From IMG/VR virus record IMGVR_UViG_3300020414_000004: a stretch of 36,467 nucleotides of DNA; one strand, given 5' to 3'. The notes under the pieces are model-generated. The model saw nothing but the letters and a program-made list of their open reading frames with translations. It was not told the origin of the DNA and did no database searches. This DNA comes from a virus. Shown here piece after piece: positions 17,240 through 26,120 of the stretch. The position numbers and the translations under genes were made by a program. Every line of letters begins with the position of its first letter. Positions within the stretch are counted from its first letter, which is position 1.

Positions 17240-18757
17240 GTGCCATATATTTCAATTACACCTAAACCTGGCATAAAGAAAAATGGAACAGATTATGCAA
17301 ATAAAAATTCCTGGATTGATGGAAATTTAGTCCGTTTTGAAAATGGCTTTTTAGCAAATGTTGGGGGTTGGCGAAAATTAAAAGACACTCCAGTACAAGG
17401 CACACCGATTGGGGCCTATGCTTACTACACAAACACAAACAGACAAGTCCTGGCAATAGGTACCAGGGAGAAAGTTTATGTTAATTATGACAACCAATGG
17501 TATGACATCACACCGACTGGCTTTACCGGAGATGTTTCTAACTCTCCTCTTGGTTATGGGGCCTATAATTGGGGAGCCGAAGATTATGGCGATGCAAGAT
17601 CACAAAGTGGCCTGGCTTTTGGAACAAAGCCTTTTAGTTTTGCAAATTTTGGAGAAAACTTAATATTTGTTTGTGGATCTGATTCTAAAATTTATAAATG
17701 GCGTCCAGACAACGGATCTGGAACAACCCCTCCGACACCAGACTCACAAGCGGTACAATTAACAAACGCTCCCCTGGGATCCCAGGGCATATTAGTGACT
17801 AACGAGCGTCATATTTTTGCGTTTGGTAATACTAACAATCCAAGACAAATAAAATGGTCGTCCAGGGAAACAGATACAACCTGGGCCCCGGCTACAACAA
17901 ATACGGCCGGTGACTTAACAGTGACAAGTGGAGGTCTTATCCAGGGCGGCGTTAAATTTGGAGCCGATGTTTTAGTTTTTACAGATGTCGGTCTAAATAA
18001 AATTTATTACACCGGAGCTCCTTTTATTTATGGTATTACAGACGCCGGTCAAAATTGTAGGGCCGCAAGTATGCGAACAGTTGTTAATGCCGGAAACTTT
18101 GTAGCCTGGATGGGCGACAATTCTTTTTATTTATATTCGGGCCAGGTACAAAAAATACCTAGTGATGTCCACGACTTTGTTTTTGATAATATTAATTATC
18201 CTTATCGTGCGGCCGCTTGTGGTGGCCATAACCAATTATTTAACGAGATATGGTGGTTTTTCCCTAGTGGTCTTTCAAAACATCCTAATAAATATGTGAT
18301 TTGGAATTATATGGAGAAGACCTGGAGCATAGGAGAGCTTGACCGCTCGTTCTGGATTGACCAGGGTGTTTTCTCTTTTCCTATTAGTGGCGACTCCTCT
18401 GGAAACTTATATGAGCACGAAACTAATAGCATTCAAACATCGCCTAATAATACGGCCGTACCATTTTGTAAGTCTGGGCCCATACAAATTAGCCAGGGAG
18501 ATAATTTAGTCCAGGTTAATCAAATTGTCCCGGATAGCGATGCAACCAATTTACCAGGCGTCACTTTAGGCTTTAAGGGAAAAAATACTCCCCTGGGCCC
18601 AGAAACAGATTTTGGAAACTTTACTTTTGAAACAGATGGCTACACAGACGCTAGATTTACCGCCAGGCAAATAAATTTAGAAGTGACTGGCGATGCAAAC
18701 CAAGACTTTCAAGTTGGCGATATTAGGCTTGATGTAAAAGCTAGGGGGCGTCGTTAA
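17240..18757 (+). CDS. Virion structural protein, probable tail tubular/nozzle protein
   Basis: GTG start with SD ggagg. 505 aa, beta-rich and repeat-like. Located in the tail module. Confidence 0.55.
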   Translation: MPYISITPKPGIKKNGTDYANKNSWIDGNLVRFENGFLANVGGWRKLKDTPVQGTPIGAYAYYTNTNRQVLAIGTREKVYVNYDNQWYDITPTGFTGDVSNSPLGYGAYNWGAEDYGDARSQSGLAFGTKPFSFANFGENLIFVCGSDSKIYKWRPDNGSGTTPPTPDSQAVQLTNAPLGSQGILVTNERHIFAFGNTNNPRQIKWSSRETDTTWAPATTNTAGDLTVTSGGLIQGGVKFGADVLVFTDVGLNKIYYTGAPFIYGITDAGQNCRAASMRTVVNAGNFVAWMGDNSFYLYSGQVQKIPSDVHDFVFDNINYPYRAAACGGHNQLFNEIWWFFPSGLSKHPNKYVIWNYMEKTWSIGELDRSFWIDQGVFSFPISGDSSGNLYEHETNSIQTSPNNTAVPFCKSGPIQISQGDNLVQVNQIVPDSDATNLPGVTLGFKGKNTPLGPETDFGNFTFETDGYTDARFTARQINLEVTGDANQDFQVGDIRLDVKARGRR

Positions 18758-19401
18758 TGCCAGATTACGGAGATAAAGGCGGATTTCAAGGGAGTGGCCT
18801 GGGCGGCAATCCTGGAAACTCTGGAGCCGGTTATGGCTCTAATAAAAAAGGTACGCCATATTCAAAGCAGTTAGGCGAAGCAATAGCCAGGGCAAATATG
18901 AAAAACGCCCCGGATCCGGTGTCATATGTCACACAATCTGTTATCCAGGAAAGAGGCGGGTATACTCACGGATCAGTAAGTCCAGGCGATTTGGCCGGTA
19001 TGGCCGGAATGATGGCCCAGTCTAATAGTTTTGGCGGACAAAATAATAAAGATGTGCAACGAGCAATGGCCGACGCTTATTCCAGGGCCGGGCCTGGGGC
19101 CGGTCAAAGAGGCGTTTTAGGATCATACAATTTAGGTATGGGTATTAATCCAACCACAGATATGGGCCTTATAGATAGCCTCAAATATAACACCATTGAC
19201 CAACCTGGCTTTATGAATCAAGTAGCAAATATGGGTGTTGGCTTATTAGGAAATATGGTGGCTCCAGGACTAGGCACAGTAGTCGGCTTATTAAATAGAG
19301 ATAAAAGAGACCAACAAAAAAATATTAATATGAAAATGGCCAAGGTAGATAAGGATAAATTTAGCGGCCCAGATAGACAGGAGTTAATTTATGGCTCGTA
19401 G
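18757..19401 (+). CDS. Gly-rich virion protein, hypothetical
   Basis: 214 aa, ATGA-type coupling, G/N/M-rich. Confidence 0.6.
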   Translation: MPDYGDKGGFQGSGLGGNPGNSGAGYGSNKKGTPYSKQLGEAIARANMKNAPDPVSYVTQSVIQERGGYTHGSVSPGDLAGMAGMMAQSNSFGGQNNKDVQRAMADAYSRAGPGAGQRGVLGSYNLGMGINPTTDMGLIDSLKYNTIDQPGFMNQVANMGVGLLGNMVAPGLGTVVGLLNRDKRDQQKNINMKMAKVDKDKFSGPDRQELIYGS

Positions 19402-19618
19402 ATCATTAATTAGACCAGAGGAACAGTATAGCCAAACTTTTTTAAATTATTTGGTCGACCAAATTGAGGATATTACAGGCCTTACATTCACTAAAGGCGA
19501 AAGAATTGAAGCAAACGGCGTAGATAGTTCAGAAATCGTACTAGTTTCGCCAAATGGCACAAAGTATAAATTAGAGGTAGATAATAGTGGCAATATCAGC
19601 ACTAGCGTCGTCGTTTAA
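19391..19618 (+). CDS. Hypothetical small structural-module protein
   Basis: 75-aa ORF, overlapped start. Confidence 0.55.
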   Translation: MARRSLIRPEEQYSQTFLNYLVDQIEDITGLTFTKGERIEANGVDSSEIVLVSPNGTKYKLEVDNSGNISTSVVV

Positions 19619-19967
19619 TTACGACTGGCAAAGATGTCGAAAATATATTGTTAATGCCGTAGAGCATCAAGACCTCTATTCAATAGAAGATATAGAGGTT
19701 AAAATAGCAGACGGAACATTCCAATTCTGGCCAGGAATACAATCCGCATTCGTCACAGAAATAAGTCGTTTCCCACAAAAGACAGTTTTAAATTTATTGT
19801 TTTGTGGAGGAGACTACAAAGAGTTAGAGGCAATGCTTCCATACATTGAAGAGTTTGGTAAGCGTTGTGGGGCCACACAAATATTCGGAGGCGGACGTCC
19901 AGGGTGGACAAGAAAATTGAAACACCTGGGGTTTAAATCTGAACATCTAATTAGCAAGGATCTTTAA
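19587..19967 (+). CDS. Conserved hypothetical phage protein
   Basis: GTG start with SD gaggtag. Contains FWPGIQSAFVTE...FCGGDYKELEAMLPYIEEFGKRCGATQIFGGGRPGWTRKL. Confidence 0.55.
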   Translation: MAISALASSFNYDWQRCRKYIVNAVEHQDLYSIEDIEVKIADGTFQFWPGIQSAFVTEISRFPQKTVLNLLFCGGDYKELEAMLPYIEEFGKRCGATQIFGGGRPGWTRKLKHLGFKSEHLISKDL

Positions 19968-19969
19968 AA

Positions 19970-21286
19970 ATGAGTAAAGGAAAAACAGTACAATCAGCAA
20001 AAGTCGAAACACCTAAATATCAAGAGGACGCATATAAAGAGTTATATGCAATGGGCCGTAATGCGGCTAATCGACAATTTACACCATACACAGGACAAGC
20101 AGTAGCCGGGCAAAATGCGGCCGGTCAAGAGGCTTACAATACCTCTAGGGAAATGATGTCTGATGCTAATAGATTTGATCCAACGGCCGGACTTATGTCT
20201 AACATCGGTCAAGGCGGCCAGGTAGGCTCGGTAGGTTATAACGCTAATGTTGGCTCGGCCCAGGGGCAATTAGGAAACCTGGTAGACAGAGGCAATATTA
20301 GAGAAATGGGCCAACAAGAGATTTTAGGAAAAATTGGAAATTATTTAAATCCATACCAGGATATAGTCACAGACCAGGGCATAAGAGACCTAAATAGGTC
20401 AAGACTAAAACAATTAATGAGTGACCAGGACGCACAAATAGGCCGAGGTGCTTTTGGCGGATCCAGGGGAGCTCTTTTAGAAGCAGAAACAAATAAAAAT
20501 TATAATGAGTCAGTTGCGGATTTTGTTGCACAACAAAACCAACAAGCGTTTGACAGGGCCACACAATTAGCGTCCGCCGATATGGACAGACAATTAACGG
20601 CCGACACAGCGAATATGGGCCAAGATGCGGCCGTCGCAATGGCTAACCAGGGTGCTCTTAACCAGGCGGGAATGATTGAGCAAGACAGATTTAATAAATT
20701 AGCAGACCTTGGGTTTGCCGGGGCACAAATGGAACAGCAAAGAATGTTAGACCAGGCTAAATTTGACGATGCCAGGTTTGACAGAGATAGAGCTATTTAT
20801 GGCGATATCCTGGGGGCACAACAAGGGGCCGCAAACTTTGCATCACAACAAGGCTTATTAAACAGAGCTATTGATCAAGAACAACTAGACTTTGATAGAT
20901 CTGAATTTATGAGAAGAATTAATCAACCGGTCGAAAACCTTGGCATATTTAATAGTGCGGTTTCTGGGGTACCATTTATGGGAGCCCAAAGCACAACATC
21001 GCAAAAGAAAACAGGCTTGGGCGATGTTCTAGGAGCCGGGCTCCAGGTGGCTAGTCTTTTCTCTGATGTCAGATTAAAAGAAAATATTCAATATAAATAC
21101 ACAATGACCAAAGGCTACAAGGTCTACACTTGGGATTGGAATGATAAGGCTCAAGAAATTGGTATTAATAATAACAATTATCCGACTAGCGGTGTTATCG
21201 CCCAGGAAATTGAAAAAATTAATCCAGGGGCCGTTTTCCAAGATCAAGAAACAGGCTACCTGGTCGTTAATTACGAGAGGCTATAA
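19970..21286 (+). CDS. Q/N/G-rich virion protein with a C-terminal S74-type chaperone domain (second copy of this domain)
   Basis: FSDVRLKENIQYKY...SGVIAQEIEKINPGAVFQD...VVNYERL. Confidence 0.75.
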   Translation: MSKGKTVQSAKVETPKYQEDAYKELYAMGRNAANRQFTPYTGQAVAGQNAAGQEAYNTSREMMSDANRFDPTAGLMSNIGQGGQVGSVGYNANVGSAQGQLGNLVDRGNIREMGQQEILGKIGNYLNPYQDIVTDQGIRDLNRSRLKQLMSDQDAQIGRGAFGGSRGALLEAETNKNYNESVADFVAQQNQQAFDRATQLASADMDRQLTADTANMGQDAAVAMANQGALNQAGMIEQDRFNKLADLGFAGAQMEQQRMLDQAKFDDARFDRDRAIYGDILGAQQGAANFASQQGLLNRAIDQEQLDFDRSEFMRRINQPVENLGIFNSAVSGVPFMGAQSTTSQKKTGLGDVLGAGLQVASLFSDVRLKENIQYKYTMTKGYKVYTWDWNDKAQEIGINNNNYPTSGVIAQEIEKINPGAVFQDQETGYLVVNYERL

Positions 21287-21288
21287 TT

Positions 21289-22419
21289 ATGAGTTTAAAA
21301 AATCCTTTCCAGGCTCCAGGCGTTGTCACGCAAAATATCGCCGGGCCTTTAGCTCCTGGACAAGATCCTAGTTCAATGACCAGGCAAATAGCCGGGAACA
21401 GTCCTTTTGCAAATAAACTCGCAACAATGGGCGGTCTTAATAATGCTTTATCTCAAGACGATATGATGAAGATGAGCAACAAAGACTTAGACGCTTACAA
21501 TAAAAAATTTAAAACTGCAAAAGGGGCCGGGATGTCAGACTTGCTTATGGCCCTGGGTAGTGCATTCAAGGGCGAGGACATAACTGGCAATGTAGAAAAA
21601 ATGAGAGACGCCAGGACATCTAGAGCAGATGAAGCTAGAAAAATTCAACTACAAAATGAAATGGCTAGGCTATATCGCCAGGGCGATATGGAAGGTGCAA
21701 TGGCTATCGGAATGGAGTTAGGAGATAGCGGTATTACTCAAGGCATAATTCAACAATATAACAAAGAGCTAAACAGACCTAAAAGGTCAGCAGACGGCCG
21801 TTATTTAATTACTTATGATGCAGACGGCACACCGCAATACACTTTAGATGAAGACTTGCAAAACCAAGAGCTTGATTTCTTAAGACAAAAAGAAGAAATC
21901 GAAAACGTAAATAAAAACAAACCAGGAGCGAGTTTCCTTAACGCTGAAAGAAAAGAGGTCGAACTTATTGATGATCTTGAAAGGGTGGCTAGTGAAGCTG
22001 ATTACTTTGCACAACAAATGGAAGCCGGTAATCTTGATTTGTCCATAACGGATAATATTGCTGATGGTGTTAAAAACTATATAACAGGAAATCTTTTCAC
22101 TAGTCCGGAAGGTCAGAAAGAATTTGAAGTAAATCAAAAATATAACAGATTTATAGAACAACTTAGAGCAACAAGTTTGGCCTTACAAACTGGTACCAAA
22201 ACAGATATGGATGCTGAGTTAGCAATGAAGCAAGTAGAGTCTTCAAGAAACCCAGAGGAATTTATTATTGCAATGAATGAACTTAAAAAGATTAATAGGC
22301 AACGAGCGGATCTGAAAAGAGGTATTTTGATCGACCAAAGGTCTGAGCTTGGATATCGAATTCCAGATTACTTAAAACAATCTTTTGCAGATGATATAGA
22401 GTTTGAGGAAGTAGAATAA
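21289..22419 (+). CDS. Internal virion/ejection protein (putative)
   Basis: 376-aa helical protein in a block of large virion proteins. Confidence 0.55.
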   Translation: MSLKNPFQAPGVVTQNIAGPLAPGQDPSSMTRQIAGNSPFANKLATMGGLNNALSQDDMMKMSNKDLDAYNKKFKTAKGAGMSDLLMALGSAFKGEDITGNVEKMRDARTSRADEARKIQLQNEMARLYRQGDMEGAMAIGMELGDSGITQGIIQQYNKELNRPKRSADGRYLITYDADGTPQYTLDEDLQNQELDFLRQKEEIENVNKNKPGASFLNAERKEVELIDDLERVASEADYFAQQMEAGNLDLSITDNIADGVKNYITGNLFTSPEGQKEFEVNQKYNRFIEQLRATSLALQTGTKTDMDAELAMKQVESSRNPEEFIIAMNELKKINRQRADLKRGILIDQRSELGYRIPDYLKQSFADDIEFEEVE

Positions 22420-24675
22420 GTGAAAATAAGAGTCCAGGGAAAAACTTATGAGGTCAGCGATGAGTTTAAAGACTTATCAAAAGCAGACCAACAAAAAGTT
22501 TTGCAAAATATCGTTAGCCAGGAAATAACCGGCCAACAGGCCAACACCAGGCGTCCGGAAGAGATAGGCAATATAAAAGGTTTGTCCAGGGCCGCTTTAG
22601 GCCAGGGCCTTTTATTTGGTTTTGGAGACGAGCTAGAAGCCGGGGTCAGAACGGGTTTTGGTTTGTTTGGCGATTATGGCGATAAGGTAAAAGATGTCCG
22701 TCAAGAAATTGCAGACTACCAGGCACTTAATCCTGGCAAAAGTATTTCAGCAGAAATAGGCGGAGCAGTTATACCAAGTGTCATCGCCGGTGTATTTACT
22801 GGCGGTACCGGTACTGCGGCCGGAGGTGCTGCAACAACGGCCCGAATAGCATCAAGGGCCCCAAGTATTGCCAGGCAATTTGGACAAGGGGCAAAAATAG
22901 GAGCCGGGTATGGAGGTCTATATGGCGTCGGTACAGGCCAAAGTGAAGACGGGGCCAATATAGGTCAGATTGCTTATGATCGTGCTATGAGCGGTCTAAA
23001 AGGTGCCGCAGTAGGTGGTACAGTTGGTGGCGTTATGCAACCGGCAATCGGTGGTGGTATTAAAGGTATTAATAAAGTCAGAGATATGGCTAACCAGGCC
23101 GGTATCCTGGGTGGCAAGTCAGCAGACGAGGCCGCCGAAAGATTTGCAAATAGAAAAATTCTCCAGGCTACGGATATGGACGGCACAAATTTGCAAGTCC
23201 AATACAATAACCTCAAGGCTCGAAGAGATGCTCTTATTAATAAGGCAAATGCTGAAAAGAAAATGTTTCCAGATGAGGTTTATGAAATAGACGCACAGAT
23301 GTCTAAATTAGCAGATGAGCTAAATATTAATCCAGGTGTCAAAGGCCTAGACGATGCCGCCGATGGCCTTAATAAAACTCTAGCAGACACAGGAGAAGCG
23401 GCCACAAGACTTGGCTATGCTTCACAAAGTATTACAAACCCGTCAAACACTAAGGTAGCGGACACCCTGGTAGGAAGACAATCAGACCAGGCAATGCGAA
23501 TTGTAAACAATACACAAAAAGCATTAAAAACGGATCCAGACAAAATAGGGATAAATTATATTGACGACCTGGCATCACAACAATCTATCCAGGCACGAGC
23601 TAATTATCCAGAGGCATATAATAAAACTATAAGTGTTGCTAAATTTGAGGACTTTTTTGGCAATAGGGCATATTCAAATTTATTGAATGATGCCGCTAAA
23701 AGAGCACAAAAAATTCTCCAGGCAGAGGGTAAAGATGTACCAGACCTGGCCGCAATATTAGCCGATAAAGGTAAAACTTATTTTGGATCATACAAAGATT
23801 TTTTAAACCAGGATTTATCGACTGAATTTTTCCACGCTCTTAAGATGGGTATGGACGATATTATTGATGCCGGGACAAAAGTTAATGCAATAGGTCAGAC
23901 TGAGGTCACTAAATATGCACAAAAAGTCATAAAAACTAAAAACGCTTTTGACAAAGTTATTAGAGACAATAACTCTTTATATGCAAAAGCAAATGATGCT
24001 TTTTCAGATAAGGCTAGACTCTTAAATGTTTTCAAAGATGGCACTAATGTTAACAAAATGGATATTAGGTCAATACAGAATAAGTTTGAAAAAATGAATC
24101 CTGGAGAAAAAGAAGCTTTTAAAAATGGTGTGGTTTCTCATTTTATAGAGTTAGCTGAAAAGTCAGCGTCTAGTAGAAATTTTGTGACACAAATTTTCGG
24201 CAATGAAAAAAATAAACAATTATTTAAAACGATTATGGATCCAAAAACCTATAAGCAATTTGAGGCATATATTAAAAAAGAGGTAGCGGCATCTAAAACC
24301 TTAAAAGATGTGTTGCAAGGCTCTCCGACTGCAACAAGACTCCAGGCTCAAAGAGAATTGGCCGAGGGTGGTGGCGAGGCTCTAGTACAAGCCGGGAACA
24401 GAGGCTTAACAGGAAACTTAATGTATTTTGGCGGCAAGGCTATAAATAGACTTGGCGGTGTTGACTCACAAAGGGCCTCCAGGATTGCTGATAAATTATT
24501 TGAAACAAACCCGTCACAACAAAGAGTTATTATTAATCAATTAGCAAAAGAAAATGAGGCAATGGCTAAAGAGGTCGCCAGGATCTTGCAACTTTCAAAT
24601 AAAGGGGCCGGTGTAGCCGGTGGCCCGTTTGCCGTTGGTGTCGTTTCGGATCCGAATAATCCCAATAGAAGATAG
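22420..24675 (+). CDS. Large internal virion/ejection protein (putative)
   Basis: GTG start with SD gaggaag. 751 aa with a Gly/Ala-rich hydrophobic region (residues about 100-215). Confidence 0.6.
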   Translation: MKIRVQGKTYEVSDEFKDLSKADQQKVLQNIVSQEITGQQANTRRPEEIGNIKGLSRAALGQGLLFGFGDELEAGVRTGFGLFGDYGDKVKDVRQEIADYQALNPGKSISAEIGGAVIPSVIAGVFTGGTGTAAGGAATTARIASRAPSIARQFGQGAKIGAGYGGLYGVGTGQSEDGANIGQIAYDRAMSGLKGAAVGGTVGGVMQPAIGGGIKGINKVRDMANQAGILGGKSADEAAERFANRKILQATDMDGTNLQVQYNNLKARRDALINKANAEKKMFPDEVYEIDAQMSKLADELNINPGVKGLDDAADGLNKTLADTGEAATRLGYASQSITNPSNTKVADTLVGRQSDQAMRIVNNTQKALKTDPDKIGINYIDDLASQQSIQARANYPEAYNKTISVAKFEDFFGNRAYSNLLNDAAKRAQKILQAEGKDVPDLAAILADKGKTYFGSYKDFLNQDLSTEFFHALKMGMDDIIDAGTKVNAIGQTEVTKYAQKVIKTKNAFDKVIRDNNSLYAKANDAFSDKARLLNVFKDGTNVNKMDIRSIQNKFEKMNPGEKEAFKNGVVSHFIELAEKSASSRNFVTQIFGNEKNKQLFKTIMDPKTYKQFEAYIKKEVAASKTLKDVLQGSPTATRLQAQRELAEGGGEALVQAGNRGLTGNLMYFGGKAINRLGGVDSQRASRIADKLFETNPSQQRVIINQLAKENEAMAKEVARILQLSNKGAGVAGGPFAVGVVSDPNNPNRR

Positions 24676-25118
24676 TGCCAAGAGATACCGAGCGGCTAGG
24701 CCGTAGCGGAGAATATATAGTAGCCGCATATTTGTCGCTTTATAGCGACACAGTTTCCATAATTCCACACGGATCACACGCCGACATAATTGCCGAGTTT
24801 GAAGATCAGTTATTAAAATTCCAGGTTAAGTCTGTCAGAATGCAGAGGCGTAAATATAAGACAAAACAAAACAGAAAAGATAAGGCCAGGAGTGGTTGGC
24901 TTATGGATATGAGGCGTAGCGGGAACACCCTGGATAGAAATTATCGTGGTAGTGTTGATATTTTTGCTTTATATATAGTCCCCCTGGGGAAGCTATTATT
25001 CCATCCGGCTATTGATGGAATAAGCAAAACATTTAGTGACCGATTCGTTGCCAATGTAGATTCTGAGGAAATGCTTTACAATTCTGTTAAACAGGCCCTC
25101 AACAAAGGTAATGAGTGA
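24675..25118 (+). CDS. Small PD-(D/E)XK nuclease-fold protein next to attP
   Basis: GRSGEYIVAAYLS...HADIIAEFEDQLLKFQVKS gives a G-x-x-GE ... D ... (Q/E)-V-K layout. GTG start. Confidence 0.5.
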   Translation: MPRDTERLGRSGEYIVAAYLSLYSDTVSIIPHGSHADIIAEFEDQLLKFQVKSVRMQRRKYKTKQNRKDKARSGWLMDMRRSGNTLDRNYRGSVDIFALYIVPLGKLLFHPAIDGISKTFSDRFVANVDSEEMLYNSVKQALNKGNE

Positions 25119-25158
25119 CTTTGTGATCACAAAAATTTTTCGCAGTTTTCCAGGCTTC

Positions 25159-25198
25159 GGAGAGATGGGTGAGTGGTTGAAACCGGCTCCCTGCTAAG
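25159..25198 (+). other. 5' half of a tRNA-Ser(GCU) gene, candidate attP core
   Basis: GGAGAGA-TG-GGT-GAGTGGTTGAA-ACC-G-GCTCC-CTGCTAA-G: acceptor 5' strand, class-II D-arm, 5' strand of the anticodon stem, and anticodon loop (GCT at 25193-25195). Similarity stops after the loop. There is no T-arm and no 3' acceptor strand. Confidence 0.7.
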
Positions 25199-25348
25199 AA
25201 AAAGATTTAATCGGTTTCCGTACTAGATTTCCCGCCATTTATGAGCAAGTGTCCTGGTTATGGCTTGGCCCATAACTATTGCTAACCCTACCAAGTTATG
25301 CCTGGTTATTGGCAAAAGCCTCAACATAAACTCAACAAGGAGAGAGTG

Positions 25349-25534
25349 ATGAGTCAAATTAAAAAGCTACACTTAACGCAAAGCGAGATAGATATGCTTA
25401 GTAATATTCTAAACCGCTTATATGAACGCAATAAGTGCCAGGGCCGAAAGGATTTAAACTGGCTTAACTTTAATCATACGAGAAAGTATGTAAAGCAAGT
25501 CGCCCAGGAGAAACCTTTAAAACTTATCGATTAG
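25349..25534 (+). CDS. Hypothetical 61-aa protein (moron unit)
   Basis: Strong SD aaggagag before ATG 25349. The track ORF 25298 start is less likely. Confidence 0.5.
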   Translation: MSQIKKLHLTQSEIDMLSNILNRLYERNKCQGRKDLNWLNFNHTRKYVKQVAQEKPLKLID

Positions 25535-25610
25535 GTTGAGTAGACTTCAACAAGGGAAGTCGAGCTATAATACGCCTTTATTAACCATTTTTCATTTAGA
25601 GGAGTTTATT

Positions 25611-26057
25611 ATGAAAAATATACACAAAAAGGAGGCCGAGCTAATTAGGCAACTGTTAAAAGCAGAATTACCGGCCATTTTAAAAAAACATAACCTTAAC
25701 TTTGAGCTAGGCAACGCCGTTTATGACGGATCCTCGGTCAAATTTAATGGCTTTAGACTTTCAACTGCCGATGCCAAAACACCGGCTATGAAAGAACTTG
25801 ATAGGGAAAATGAATTTAGAAAACAAATAAATTCAGCGACCATATTAAGAACGGGCATCAATTATAAAGACGGCAACAAAACTTATCACTTGGTTGGCTA
25901 TAAACCAAGGGCAAGAAAAAAGCCTTATATAATTGAATGCTTGGAAAGCGGCGACCACTATGTTGTCACAGAAAAATATGCCGAGGAAATGTTTGGCGGC
26001 CCTAACCCGGATTTTGATAAATCTAAGTTAGATTATCAGCCAAAAGTAGTAGGCTAA
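25611..26057 (+). CDS. Hypothetical 148-aa protein (moron unit)
   Basis: SD gaggag before ATG 25611 (MKNIHKKEAE...), followed by a strong terminator. Confidence 0.55.
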   Translation: MKNIHKKEAELIRQLLKAELPAILKKHNLNFELGNAVYDGSSVKFNGFRLSTADAKTPAMKELDRENEFRKQINSATILRTGINYKDGNKTYHLVGYKPRARKKPYIIECLESGDHYVVTEKYAEEMFGGPNPDFDKSKLDYQPKVVG

Positions 26058-26067
26058 CCCAAAATTA

Positions 26068-26096
26068 AGGCCCGGCAATGTCCGGGCCTTTTTTTT
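26068..26096 (+). terminator. Rho-independent terminator
   Basis: aggcccgg-caatgt-ccgggcct followed by T8. Confidence 0.85.
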
Positions 26097-26120
26097 CGCA
26101 TAAAAACAGAGGAGTTAAAA

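Noticed and set aside
22716-23216. Two 80-aa minus-strand Pro/Ala-rich ORFs, and plus-strand 23015-23290
   Set aside because: They are shadow frames of the Gly/Ala-rich region of the 751-aa virion protein.
25159-25240. A complete tRNA-Ser gene
   Set aside because: Only the 5' half through the anticodon loop is present. The 3' strand of the anticodon stem, the variable arm, the GTTCRA T-loop and the complementary acceptor strand could not be found downstream. The ...cccgcca string at about 25236 does not pair with GGAGAGA.
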